A stretch of DNA of 64,000 bases from Actinomycetota bacterium (GTDB lineage: Bacteria; Actinomycetota; Acidimicrobiia; Acidimicrobiales; Ilumatobacteraceae): positions 978 to 64,977 of the forward strand of contig QYPH01000010.1 of the NCBI GenBank assembly GCA_007279905.1, given 5' to 3'. The notes under the pieces were generated by a model. It saw nothing but the letters and a program-made list of their open reading frames with translations, made no database searches and was not told the DNA's origin. Position 1 is the first letter of the stretch. The number at the start of each line of letters is the position of its first letter. Shown here piece after piece: positions 20,057 to 27,728 of the stretch. Made by a program: the position numbers and the translations under genes.

Positions 20057-21223
20057 TTAATGCGAGAGCCAGGGCGCACACAGGCCATCCAGATCGCGTA
20101 CTTCGATGCGATCCCGGTTGGCATATGTCACTTGGTTGCTTGGATCCACGCGCAAATTGAATGTACGAAATTCCATTTCTGTTGTATCGATTGCAAGAAT
20201 CCGACCGACCAACGACTCGCCAAGGTCGAGGAGCAACTTAATCGTCTCGAGCGCCTGAATCGAACCGACAATGCCTGGTAATACTCCAAGCACACCAGCT
20301 TCAGCGCAACTTGGCGCAAGTTCGGCTGGTGGTGGCTCTGGCACCATGTCACGATATGTCGGACCATTCTTTGGATCGAACACCGTGACCATGCCTTCAA
20401 ATCTAAAAATCGATCCGTGCACAACTGGTATGCCAAGTTTGACGCTGGCATCATTGAGCACATAGCGACTTGGAAAGTTGTCGGCGCCGTCCACAATTAC
20501 GTCGTATCCAGCAATGATGTCCAAGATGTTGCTTGCGTCTAACCGCGTGTCGTAGGTAACTACATCAACGTCAGGATTGAGCATTGTCAACGTCTTTTTT
20601 GCAGAGTCAACCTTGCGATCGCCAATGCGATCAATGTTGTGCAAGATCTGGCGTTGCAAATTACTCGCATCTACTTCGTCCATATCAACAATGCCGATTG
20701 TGCCTACGCCAGCAGCAGCCAAATACAGAGCAGCAGGGCTTCCGAGCCCGCCGGCACCGAGCAAAAGCACTTTGCTTGCGAGCAATTTCGCCTGTCCTTC
20801 AACGCCTACTTCGGGCAGCGAGATGTGGCGCTGATAGCGATTGCGCTGTTCGGCCGTCAACGAGGCAGGAGTGCTCCACTGTCGGCCTTCGTCTTTCCAT
20901 TTGCCAAAGCCGCCAGCCATCGACACCACGTTGGTGTAACCAAGTTCTTGCAAAGTCTTTGCAGCGAACGCACTGCGTACTCCACCTGCGCAATAGACAA
21001 CGATTGGTGCGTCCTTGTCGGTGATCTTGCTCTCAATTTGGGCTTCAAGGTGACCACGTGGAATGTGAATTGACAACGGCAGGGTGCCTTGCTCATACTC
21101 GTCTGGCTCGCGCACATCGAGCGCCAATGTGGCACCCGCCGCCAAGCGTGCTGCAGCATCTGCAGTATCCACCTCGACGATTTGCGATTTTGCTTGTGCA
21201 AGTAGGTCTCTAAAGCCAGCCAT
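20057..21223 (-). CDS. rhodanese-ThiF/MoeB adenylyltransferase/sulfurtransferase (rhodanese domain N-terminal)
   Basis: N-terminal rhodanese domain with active-site loop YCAGGVRS. C-terminal E1-like domain with LLLGAGGLGSPAALYLAAAGVG and DASNLQRQILH. The ATG at 21223 is preceded by GGAGGA. Confidence 0.85.
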   Translation of the reverse strand: MAGFRDLLAQAKSQIVEVDTADAAARLAAGATLALDVREPDEYEQGTLPLSIHIPRGHLEAQIESKITDKDAPIVVYCAGGVRSAFAAKTLQELGYTNVVSMAGGFGKWKDEGRQWSTPASLTAEQRNRYQRHISLPEVGVEGQAKLLASKVLLLGAGGLGSPAALYLAAAGVGTIGIVDMDEVDASNLQRQILHNIDRIGDRKVDSAKKTLTMLNPDVDVVTYDTRLDASNILDIIAGYDVIVDGADNFPSRYVLNDASVKLGIPVVHGSIFRFEGMVTVFDPKNGPTYRDMVPEPPPAELAPSCAEAGVLGVLPGIVGSIQALETIKLLLDLGESLVGRILAIDTTEMEFRTFNLRVDPSNQVTYANRDRIEVRDLDGLCAPWLSH

Positions 21224-21348
21224 ATATGTGACGAATCCTCCGCCCAATACCCTACCGTTCTAGTCGGGTTTTGACGACTAGGCGCACCGTCGAACTTTGT
21301 GGTGCATGCATGGCAGCACTTTTGAGCCAGTGCCGCACACACGTGGGC

Positions 21349-21936
21349 ATGAACGAACTCCATCTAGAAAAAACTCTTGTCGTGGTGCCATGGATCGACC
21401 CGATTGTCGACGAGGTCGGGTTCGATGTCTTTTCGAGATACGCCGAATTGTTCTGGCTTCCGATTATGGGACCAAGCGCGCTGTGGATACTTCGACGCAT
21501 TGTGATGGGCTTCGCCGAATTTCCTGGCGGCTACGAAATGGACACGGAAGAAATCGCACTTGCAGTCGGACTCTCATTCACCCAGGGTGCCAACTGTCCA
21601 TTTACGCGCGCGCTTCGTCGGTGTCAGTGGTTTGGCGCGGCACAAAGCGTGCACGGCGGTTTGGCTGTGCGCATCAAGCTGCCACCTGTCTCACGCCGAC
21701 AAATTCAACGCTTCCCCGCAGGACTCAAGCAGTCACTCGCAACATGGCCGATCGACACCACCGATCAACAGCACTACATTCAGCGAGCAAAACTTATTGC
21801 GCACGCGTTGATCACAACAGGTGATGACAGCGAATTGCTCGAGTCACGCCTTACGCGGATCGGAATTCCAGCTGGGATTGCGGCTCGCGTGGCGGGTGAG
21901 TTGACCGGCCAAGCCATGGCACAAAGTTCTCCATAA
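21349..21936 (+). CDS. hypothetical protein
   Basis: Coding-like ORF with no family I recognise. The start is uncertain (21271 or 21349). The 3' end overlaps the convergent rnhB gene. Confidence 0.5.
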   Translation: MNELHLEKTLVVVPWIDPIVDEVGFDVFSRYAELFWLPIMGPSALWILRRIVMGFAEFPGGYEMDTEEIALAVGLSFTQGANCPFTRALRRCQWFGAAQSVHGGLAVRIKLPPVSRRQIQRFPAGLKQSLATWPIDTTDQQHYIQRAKLIAHALITTGDDSELLESRLTRIGIPAGIAARVAGELTGQAMAQSSP

Positions 21937-22570
21937 ACGCCCAACTTGTGCGATGCAGCGCCGATGGCCCATATCCCTGTAGCGCCGTGCGATGTTTTGG
22001 GCACGGATATCCCTTGTTGGTTTCAAAACTCCACAGCGAATAGTCGGTTGCGTACTCGCGCATCATCCTGTCTCGTGAAACTTTTGCCAGCACCGATGCA
22101 GCCGACACCGATAACACAGAGGCATCGGCTTTTACTTGAGTAATCACGTTGCCAATATGTGGTGACACAAAGTCCCAACGACCGTCAATCACCGCAATTG
22201 CCTCGCGCACATCTATCTGTTTCGCCAAACTTTCAATCGCCCGTTTGGTTGCGAGCCGCTGAGCAGCATTCATTCCCAATGCATCGCACTCTGCATGTGT
22301 CACGAAACCAATAGACCAAGCAGCACATGTCTCGGCCACGTGATCAAACATTTCTTCACGACGAATTTCCGATAACTGTTTAGAGTCGCGCACACCACCC
22401 ATCAATGCAAAAGCATCGTCGCTTGCAATCACGTCTCGCGACAGCACTGCCGCACCGATCATCAATGGGCCAGCCCATGCACCTTTGCCCACCTCGTCAA
22501 GTCCAATAACAATCGAAGAGCCTTTGCGCAACAGTGTGCGCTCAAGTCGAGTCGTTGGCGCGTCTTTCAC
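21851..22570 (-). CDS. rnhB: ribonuclease HII
   Basis: Motifs GLDEVGKGAWAGPL, DSKQLS, and HRTSW near the C-terminus. A GTG start at 22570 overlaps the selD stop (GTGA). Confidence 0.9.
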   Translation of the reverse strand: MKDAPTTRLERTLLRKGSSIVIGLDEVGKGAWAGPLMIGAAVLSRDVIASDDAFALMGGVRDSKQLSEIRREEMFDHVAETCAAWSIGFVTHAECDALGMNAAQRLATKRAIESLAKQIDVREAIAVIDGRWDFVSPHIGNVITQVKADASVLSVSAASVLAKVSRDRMMREYATDYSLWSFETNKGYPCPKHRTALQGYGPSALHRTSWAFMENFVPWLGRSTHPPREPQSQLEFRSA

Positions 22571-23601
22571 TGCAACAAAACTTGCACAGTTCCGCCTACA
22601 AACTCGCCGACACGCCACCATGCACCGCTTTCCAACAATGTCCCAGCCGTCTTTGCATCGACTGCTGCAAGTAATCCGCCAGAGGTTTGTGGGTCAAAGC
22701 ACAGCGCTGCGGCTGCCTCGTTCTGCGCAGTATCAACAAAATTTCCCACGACATAGTCGCGATTGCGAGGGTCGCCACCCGTGCGCACTCCACGCTCAGC
22801 TGATTCTCTTGCACCTGGGTAAGCCTGCAACGTGGCGGCTTCAATGACTAACGCAACCGCACTGCGATCGGCCATTTCCCAACCATGCCCTGCGAGCCCG
22901 TAACCTGTCACATCAGTTACTGCATGCACTCCATCACCAATTTGTCGTAGTTGCTCCGATGCAGCACGATTCAATGTGCGCATCCCAGCAATGGCCGCTG
23001 CTTTATCAGTCTCCGTTCCGCCAGCAAGAGCAAGGCCGGTGCCGAGCGGCTTCGACATCACCGCGACATCGCCAACCCGCGCTCCGCTCTTGCGAAAAAT
23101 ATGTTTTGGATCAACTACACCTTGCACAGCAAGCCCAAAGATTGGCTCTGGGTTGCGAATGGTGTGTCCGCCAGCCACGCTTCCGCCAGCCTCTGCAACC
23201 ACCTGTGCTGCTGCTTGAAATATCTCAGCAATCGCAAATGGTGGAAAATGTTCTGGAAAAGCAGCAATGTTGACAGCCATGATCACGCGACCGCCCATAG
23301 CAAATACATCGCTGCATGCATTGGCCGCAGCAATTGCCCCAAAGTCGCTCGGGTCGTCAACAAGTGGCGGAAAAAAATCTGTCGTACTCACTAACGCCAC
23401 ATCATCCGACACCTGATACACCGCAGCATCATCAAATGGTGCAAGCCCAACCAAGAGCGATGGATCAAGCGATGGTGGAAAATTACTCACCAAGTTGGCA
23501 AGCAACGATGCTCCCCATTTTGCTGCACATCCACCACACGACGTCCACTCTGTCAGGCGCAATGGCTCAAGACTCGGCGTGTTGTTTGAAGAATTACTCA
23601 C
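22567..23601 (-). CDS. selD: selenide, water dikinase (selenophosphate synthetase), Cys-type
   Basis: Aligns by eye with E. coli SelD: LTEWTSCGGCAAKWG (catalytic Cys and Lys positions kept), LLVG..DDAAVY, STTDFFPPLVDDP, NACSDVFAMGG, AGGHTI..PEPIFGLAV, SKPLGTG. Confidence 0.9.
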   Translation of the reverse strand: MSNSSNNTPSLEPLRLTEWTSCGGCAAKWGASLLANLVSNFPPSLDPSLLVGLAPFDDAAVYQVSDDVALVSTTDFFPPLVDDPSDFGAIAAANACSDVFAMGGRVIMAVNIAAFPEHFPPFAIAEIFQAAAQVVAEAGGSVAGGHTIRNPEPIFGLAVQGVVDPKHIFRKSGARVGDVAVMSKPLGTGLALAGGTETDKAAAIAGMRTLNRAASEQLRQIGDGVHAVTDVTGYGLAGHGWEMADRSAVALVIEAATLQAYPGARESAERGVRTGGDPRNRDYVVGNFVDTAQNEAAAALCFDPQTSGGLLAAVDAKTAGTLLESGAWWRVGEFVGGTVQVLLQ

Positions 23602-24896
23602 TAGACAAAGCCTAGAAGCATCGTCTCGCCGCTTGCCTCAACAGAAGTCCACGTCGGATCACACTTTCCTGTGGTCAGTTTTATTCCAGCAGGCCCAGTA
23701 ACTTCCCACAACAATGCAGGCTTTTCGCCATGCCAACGAATGCCAAAGCTCACTGTGTGCAGTGGACCAACGGCTACACGATGACATTCAAGATTTGCCC
23801 CAAGCCACAATCTCGGTATTCCGCGACCAAAAATCTGCACCGAGCCATCTCGCTGCAACGCCACCATTTTTTCTTCGATCCAAGCGATTGCACGAATGTC
23901 GGTTGGCATCACGTTTGGCGGTTCGGCGCTATCACTCAGGCGCAACAGCGCCGTAGCCACATCGTCGGCTGCACGATGCTCGCCCATCCGTTGAAAAACA
24001 AATTGTGCTGCGAACAGTGCGCGTTCTACGTCCCACGGCAATGGAGACGCTTTTTTATTTTCCTTGAGCAATGTCTCAACACATTGTGCAAGTCGTGCTG
24101 CGTGATCAATGTGATGCAGAGATGCATCGCTCGTAAGTTTTTCGCCCATCCGCAACAATTCTTGAAGCGTCAAAATATATGCAACCGAATCATTGGCGAC
24201 ATCACATGTCGCACCCTGACTCCACCCTTGCAGTTCGTGTCCGCTCAACACCAAGGCATTGCTTCTCAAACGTGCCACGAGCGGGGCAACGGCTCCCTCC
24301 GGAACGATCACGTAACCAGCCTGTTCAACCGCCTTCAGCCAGCCTTTTTGCAACTGCTCTGCAGACGGCAATCGCTCAACATCAACATCGGCGACCAGAT
24401 TGTTTGGGGCGCGTAAGGCAACGCGCAACGTGCTGCCGTGCGCGACAGGAAACACAATGCTGTTTGCTGGAAGTTCGATGCCTTGCGCGCCACGTGGGCT
24501 TGGGGTGCGAGACGAAATCAGATCGGGTCGAGTAAAGGCCACAGCAATTGGCAGTGTCGATTCGTTGCTGATCTCGACCACCACAAGACCGCCTGCATCC
24601 GCAACGGCATATACGCGTTGATTTGCGTCACCGCCAGGTATCCGCACGCGAGTTTCTACAACTGGCACGCCTGCGCGACGAGTTTGGCGCACACTTGGCT
24701 CGGTTGATGGGTCATGCCAGCGATCATCTGCTGCAATGTGCCAATCAAGTACCGAAGAATCGTCGTTTAAGCGAACAGAACCTCGCTCGTTGACAACTGC
24801 ATTCCAGCCTCCACCTCGCACACCCAACACATGTGCTGCTGGTCGCACCCGAGCACTGAGCGAAATCGAAGAAATAACACCTTGTGTGTTTGACAT
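23601..24896 (-). CDS. hypothetical protein (431 aa), function unknown
   Basis: Uninterrupted ORF with coding-like composition. Its start overlaps the gpsA stop and its stop overlaps the selD start, by 1 nt each. No motif recognised. Confidence 0.7.
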   Translation of the reverse strand: MSNTQGVISSISLSARVRPAAHVLGVRGGGWNAVVNERGSVRLNDDSSVLDWHIAADDRWHDPSTEPSVRQTRRAGVPVVETRVRIPGGDANQRVYAVADAGGLVVVEISNESTLPIAVAFTRPDLISSRTPSPRGAQGIELPANSIVFPVAHGSTLRVALRAPNNLVADVDVERLPSAEQLQKGWLKAVEQAGYVIVPEGAVAPLVARLRSNALVLSGHELQGWSQGATCDVANDSVAYILTLQELLRMGEKLTSDASLHHIDHAARLAQCVETLLKENKKASPLPWDVERALFAAQFVFQRMGEHRAADDVATALLRLSDSAEPPNVMPTDIRAIAWIEEKMVALQRDGSVQIFGRGIPRLWLGANLECHRVAVGPLHTVSFGIRWHGEKPALLWEVTGPAGIKLTTGKCDPTWTSVEASGETMLLGFV

Positions 24897-25894
24897 TATT
24901 CAGACCTATTCGATCTCGACATCAACGCCCGCAGAGAATCTTCGGCACTCTGTGTTCCTTCACATACGCGTGCTATTTGTTCGGCGATTGGCATCTCTAC
25001 ACCGTGTTGCTGAGCCAACTTCACAACAGCCGACGAGCTCTTGACACCTTCGGCCACCATGTTCATCGAGTTCACGATGTCAGAGATCGATTCACCTTTC
25101 CCCAGTCGCACTCCAACTTGGGTATTGCGACTCTGCATCGAAGTACATGTAGCCATGATGTCGCCCATGCCTGCGAGGCCAGCGAATGTGGCTGGATGTG
25201 CGCCAAGAGCAACGCCAAGACGCGACATTTCGGCAAGCCCACGAGTCACCAGAGTCGCTTTTGTATTGTCGCCAAATCCAAAACCTTGCGAAATTCCTGC
25301 TGCAATTGCGATCACATTCTTTACGACGCCACCAACTTCACAGCCAACAACATCTCGATTTGTGTAGAGCCGAAATGCAGGACGCGAAAACAATTCTTGC
25401 AGCCGCAATGCCACTGCATCATCGACACATCCCACAACGCTGGCTGCTGGTTGACCTTGCAATATTTCGTGAGCCAAGTTTGGGCCGCTCAAGACTGCAC
25501 GCGGGTTATTTGGCATCACTGCGGCAAGGACTTCGCTCATCCGGAGCAACGTTTCGCTCTCTAAGCCTTTTGACAAACTCATAATCGGCACGTCACGACC
25601 AACATATTGCGCAACTTGTTGAGCAACTTGACGAAAACCATGCGATGGCACTGCCATGGCAATCACATCTGCTTCGTTCACCAAGAGTCCCATGTCTACA
25701 GATGCAACAAGACTCTCTTCCAACACAGAGTTGCCCAAGTAAGCACTATTGGTATGCCGAGCATTGATCTCTTCAGCCAATACGGCGCGTCTTGTCCAGA
25801 GCGATGTTGCAGTGTTTTGCGCTACCAGTGTTGCAATGGTGGTCCCCCACGAACCTGCCCCCACCACGCATACCCGAGTTGTCACAGTCGCCAA
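24896..25894 (-). CDS. gpsA: NAD(P)H-dependent glycerol-3-phosphate dehydrogenase
   Basis: Rossmann N-terminus VVGAGSWGTTIA and GpsA-typical core (LSGPNLAHEI, KNVIAIAAGI). Confidence 0.95.
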   Translation of the reverse strand: MATVTTRVCVVGAGSWGTTIATLVAQNTATSLWTRRAVLAEEINARHTNSAYLGNSVLEESLVASVDMGLLVNEADVIAMAVPSHGFRQVAQQVAQYVGRDVPIMSLSKGLESETLLRMSEVLAAVMPNNPRAVLSGPNLAHEILQGQPAASVVGCVDDAVALRLQELFSRPAFRLYTNRDVVGCEVGGVVKNVIAIAAGISQGFGFGDNTKATLVTRGLAEMSRLGVALGAHPATFAGLAGMGDIMATCTSMQSRNTQVGVRLGKGESISDIVNSMNMVAEGVKSSSAVVKLAQQHGVEMPIAEQIARVCEGTQSAEDSLRALMSRSNRSE

Positions 25895-25944
25895 GGTTAG
25901 GCGAGCACGGCTACATCAACACCAAGCACCCATAGGCTACGAAA

Positions 25945-26577
25945 ATGGTCGATTCGCCCTCATCACTCGCTCAATCAGCCACCAGCATCGCTGTCGTCAT
26001 CCCCATTAAGGCGTTTGGGCAAGCAAAAGACCGACTCTCAGGCGTACTCACCGCCGATCAACGCAATCGTCTCGCTCGCGCTACAGCACGTGGCGTGCTC
26101 GAGTCTGTGCGTGGCGCACCCGTATTCGTTGTTTGCAATGATCACGATGTGTCCGACTGGGCTCAGACTCATGGCGCGACTGTGCTGTTTCAATCCGGCA
26201 CCGGATTAAATGCTGCCGTACAAGAAGGCATGAGCGCTGCTCACGAGTACGAGCGAGTCATGATTGTGCACAGCGACCTTCCGCTGCCCAACAAACTTCG
26301 CGAGTTGCTTGGCTCAACCGTTGCGCGCAACACGGTCACGATTGTGCCCGATCGGCATCGCGATGGAACCAACGTATTGATCATTCCATTAGGAGTCGAT
26401 TTTCACTGTCACTACGGAGCCCAAAGTTTTTCGGCTCACGTGGCAGAGGCAAACAAACTTGGATTGTCACTGCAGATCATCGAGGATGACGAACTCGGAT
26501 TAGACATAGATACACCCGATGACTTACTTGTGTTGCCAACTGCGTGGCTTGAGCAACACAACATCACTCTTATTTGA
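25945..26577 (+). CDS. cofC: 2-phospho-L-lactate/phosphoenolpyruvate guanylyltransferase (F420 biosynthesis)
   Basis: N-terminus VVIPIKAFGQAKDRLS, nucleotidyltransferase fold, about 210 aa. It sits next to gpsA and hupB; as I recall, mycobacteria show the same arrangement. Confidence 0.75.
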   Translation: MVDSPSSLAQSATSIAVVIPIKAFGQAKDRLSGVLTADQRNRLARATARGVLESVRGAPVFVVCNDHDVSDWAQTHGATVLFQSGTGLNAAVQEGMSAAHEYERVMIVHSDLPLPNKLRELLGSTVARNTVTIVPDRHRDGTNVLIIPLGVDFHCHYGAQSFSAHVAEANKLGLSLQIIEDDELGLDIDTPDDLLVLPTAWLEQHNITLI

Positions 26578-26587
26578 CATAAAAAAA

Positions 26588-26613
26588 GATCGGGGGGCAA
26601 AAGCCCCCCGATC
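26588..26613 (-). terminator. intrinsic terminator behind the HU/tail genes
   Basis: The reverse strand reads GATCGGGGGGCTTTTGCCCCCCGATC followed by TTTTTTT: a 10-11 bp GC-rich stem plus a U-tract. Confidence 0.75.
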
Positions 26614-26652
26614 TCACAGTTCTCCGAACCGATTTGCTTATTGGCTAAGGCC

Positions 26653-26793
26653 TTATTTCTTCTTAGCGGCCTTTTTTGCAGCCTTCTTGCGCTTGGCTGG
26701 GGCCTTCTTAGCGGCCTTTTTTGCTGCCTTCTTGCGCTTTGCTGGTGCCTTTTTAGCTACTTTTTTTGCTGCCTTTTTGCGCTTTGCTGCCAT
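26653..26793 (-). CDS. 46-aa Lys/Ala-rich basic protein (stand-alone HU/H1-like tail)
   Basis: Sequence MAAKRKKAAKKVAKKAPAKRKKAAKKAAKKAPAKRKKAAKKAAKKK*. The ATG at 26793 is preceded by AAGGAG with a 6-nt spacer. It is in the same frame as the HU ORF, 7 codons after that ORF's TAA. Confidence 0.65.
   Translation of the reverse strand: MAAKRKKAAKKVAKKAPAKRKKAAKKAAKKAPAKRKKAAKKAAKKK
26659..26793. repeat. three tandem 45-bp repeats (15-aa AKRKKAAKKxAKKAP units)
   Basis: The units 26659-26703, 26704-26748 and 26749-26793 are near-identical at the DNA level. Confidence 0.85.
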
Positions 26794-26814
26794 GATTTTC
26801 TCCTTGGTTAGGTA

Positions 26815-27102
26815 TTACTTTTTGCGGTTTGGATTCAATTCACTCTTCAGCGTTGAGCTTGAAGTGAACTTCATTGCTGTACTGGCTGGAACTTGAACCG
26901 GTGCACCCGTTTGTGGGTTACGGCCAACTCTCGCCTTGCGGTTCGAAGTGCTGAACGAGCCAAAGCCCGGCCATGCAACTTTCTCACCTTTAATCGCTGA
27001 GGCTACGACCAGTTCAAAAAAAGCACCGATTGTCTTTTCGGCTTCCGCCTTGGAGACTCCTGCTTTTTCAGACACTGCATCTATGAGCTCTGCTTTTGTC
27101 AT
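26815..27102 (-). CDS. hupB: HU-family nucleoid-associated DNA-binding protein (core domain only)
   Basis: MTKAELIDAVSEKAGVSKAEAEKTIGAFFELV...GFGSF..RKARVGRNPQTGAPVQVPA, a canonical HU fold. Confidence 0.95.
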   Translation of the reverse strand: MTKAELIDAVSEKAGVSKAEAEKTIGAFFELVVASAIKGEKVAWPGFGSFSTSNRKARVGRNPQTGAPVQVPASTAMKFTSSSTLKSELNPNRKK

Positions 27103-27728
27103 TGCTTACCTTGCTTTCTCGGTTTCGGAATACCGCTTCGCCATATATTTGAGTAGGTCTGCAGACAAATTGCAAGCATTGAACGCTTTTAGGCGACGTT
27201 TTGTAACTGAAGCTCGAAAATCTGCTGTAACAAAAAACTTTTGTCACTCACAGAAAATTGCTGCGAAGGTTCGCAAAATTTTGATCAGAAAAACATTTTT
27301 ACTCGCCTGATCCACAACGCTGCAGCATTTGTAGCGTAGTTCTCACTCAAGAGATAACCCATATGGGTATTGGGTTTGCGGGCAGTCTTTCCCATAAATT
27401 TTGGGTTTTGCATGCACTATTTATTCTTCAGAGATTTTCTGCGCGATCGTCGATGTTGGCCCACTACAAGTGCTCAGTTTGCTCCCACTTGCTGAGCGAG
27501 ATCACTAAATTTCAAGTTTTCGACGCGCAAAAAGAATTTTAATAATATTTCCAAAAAACTTCAGAAAACTTCCCGAAATTGTCAAAAATGCAGAAACTTT
27601 GTCCGAAGTTGAGAAATATAAGTTGAATATTTGGTGACAACTTCTAGCCCCATATCCATAACGGATTCCGATCGGTGGGAGGTTGCGAGTATCCACCAAC
27701 ATGTCCGACCGACACAGCACAATAAGCA

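Noticed and set aside
26519-26896. A 125-aa plus-strand ORF with the striking FFAAFLRLAGAFLAAFF repeats.
   Set aside because: It is the antisense reading of the Lys/Ala (AAG/GCN) tail repeats on the minus strand. It has no start context and overlaps the terminator.
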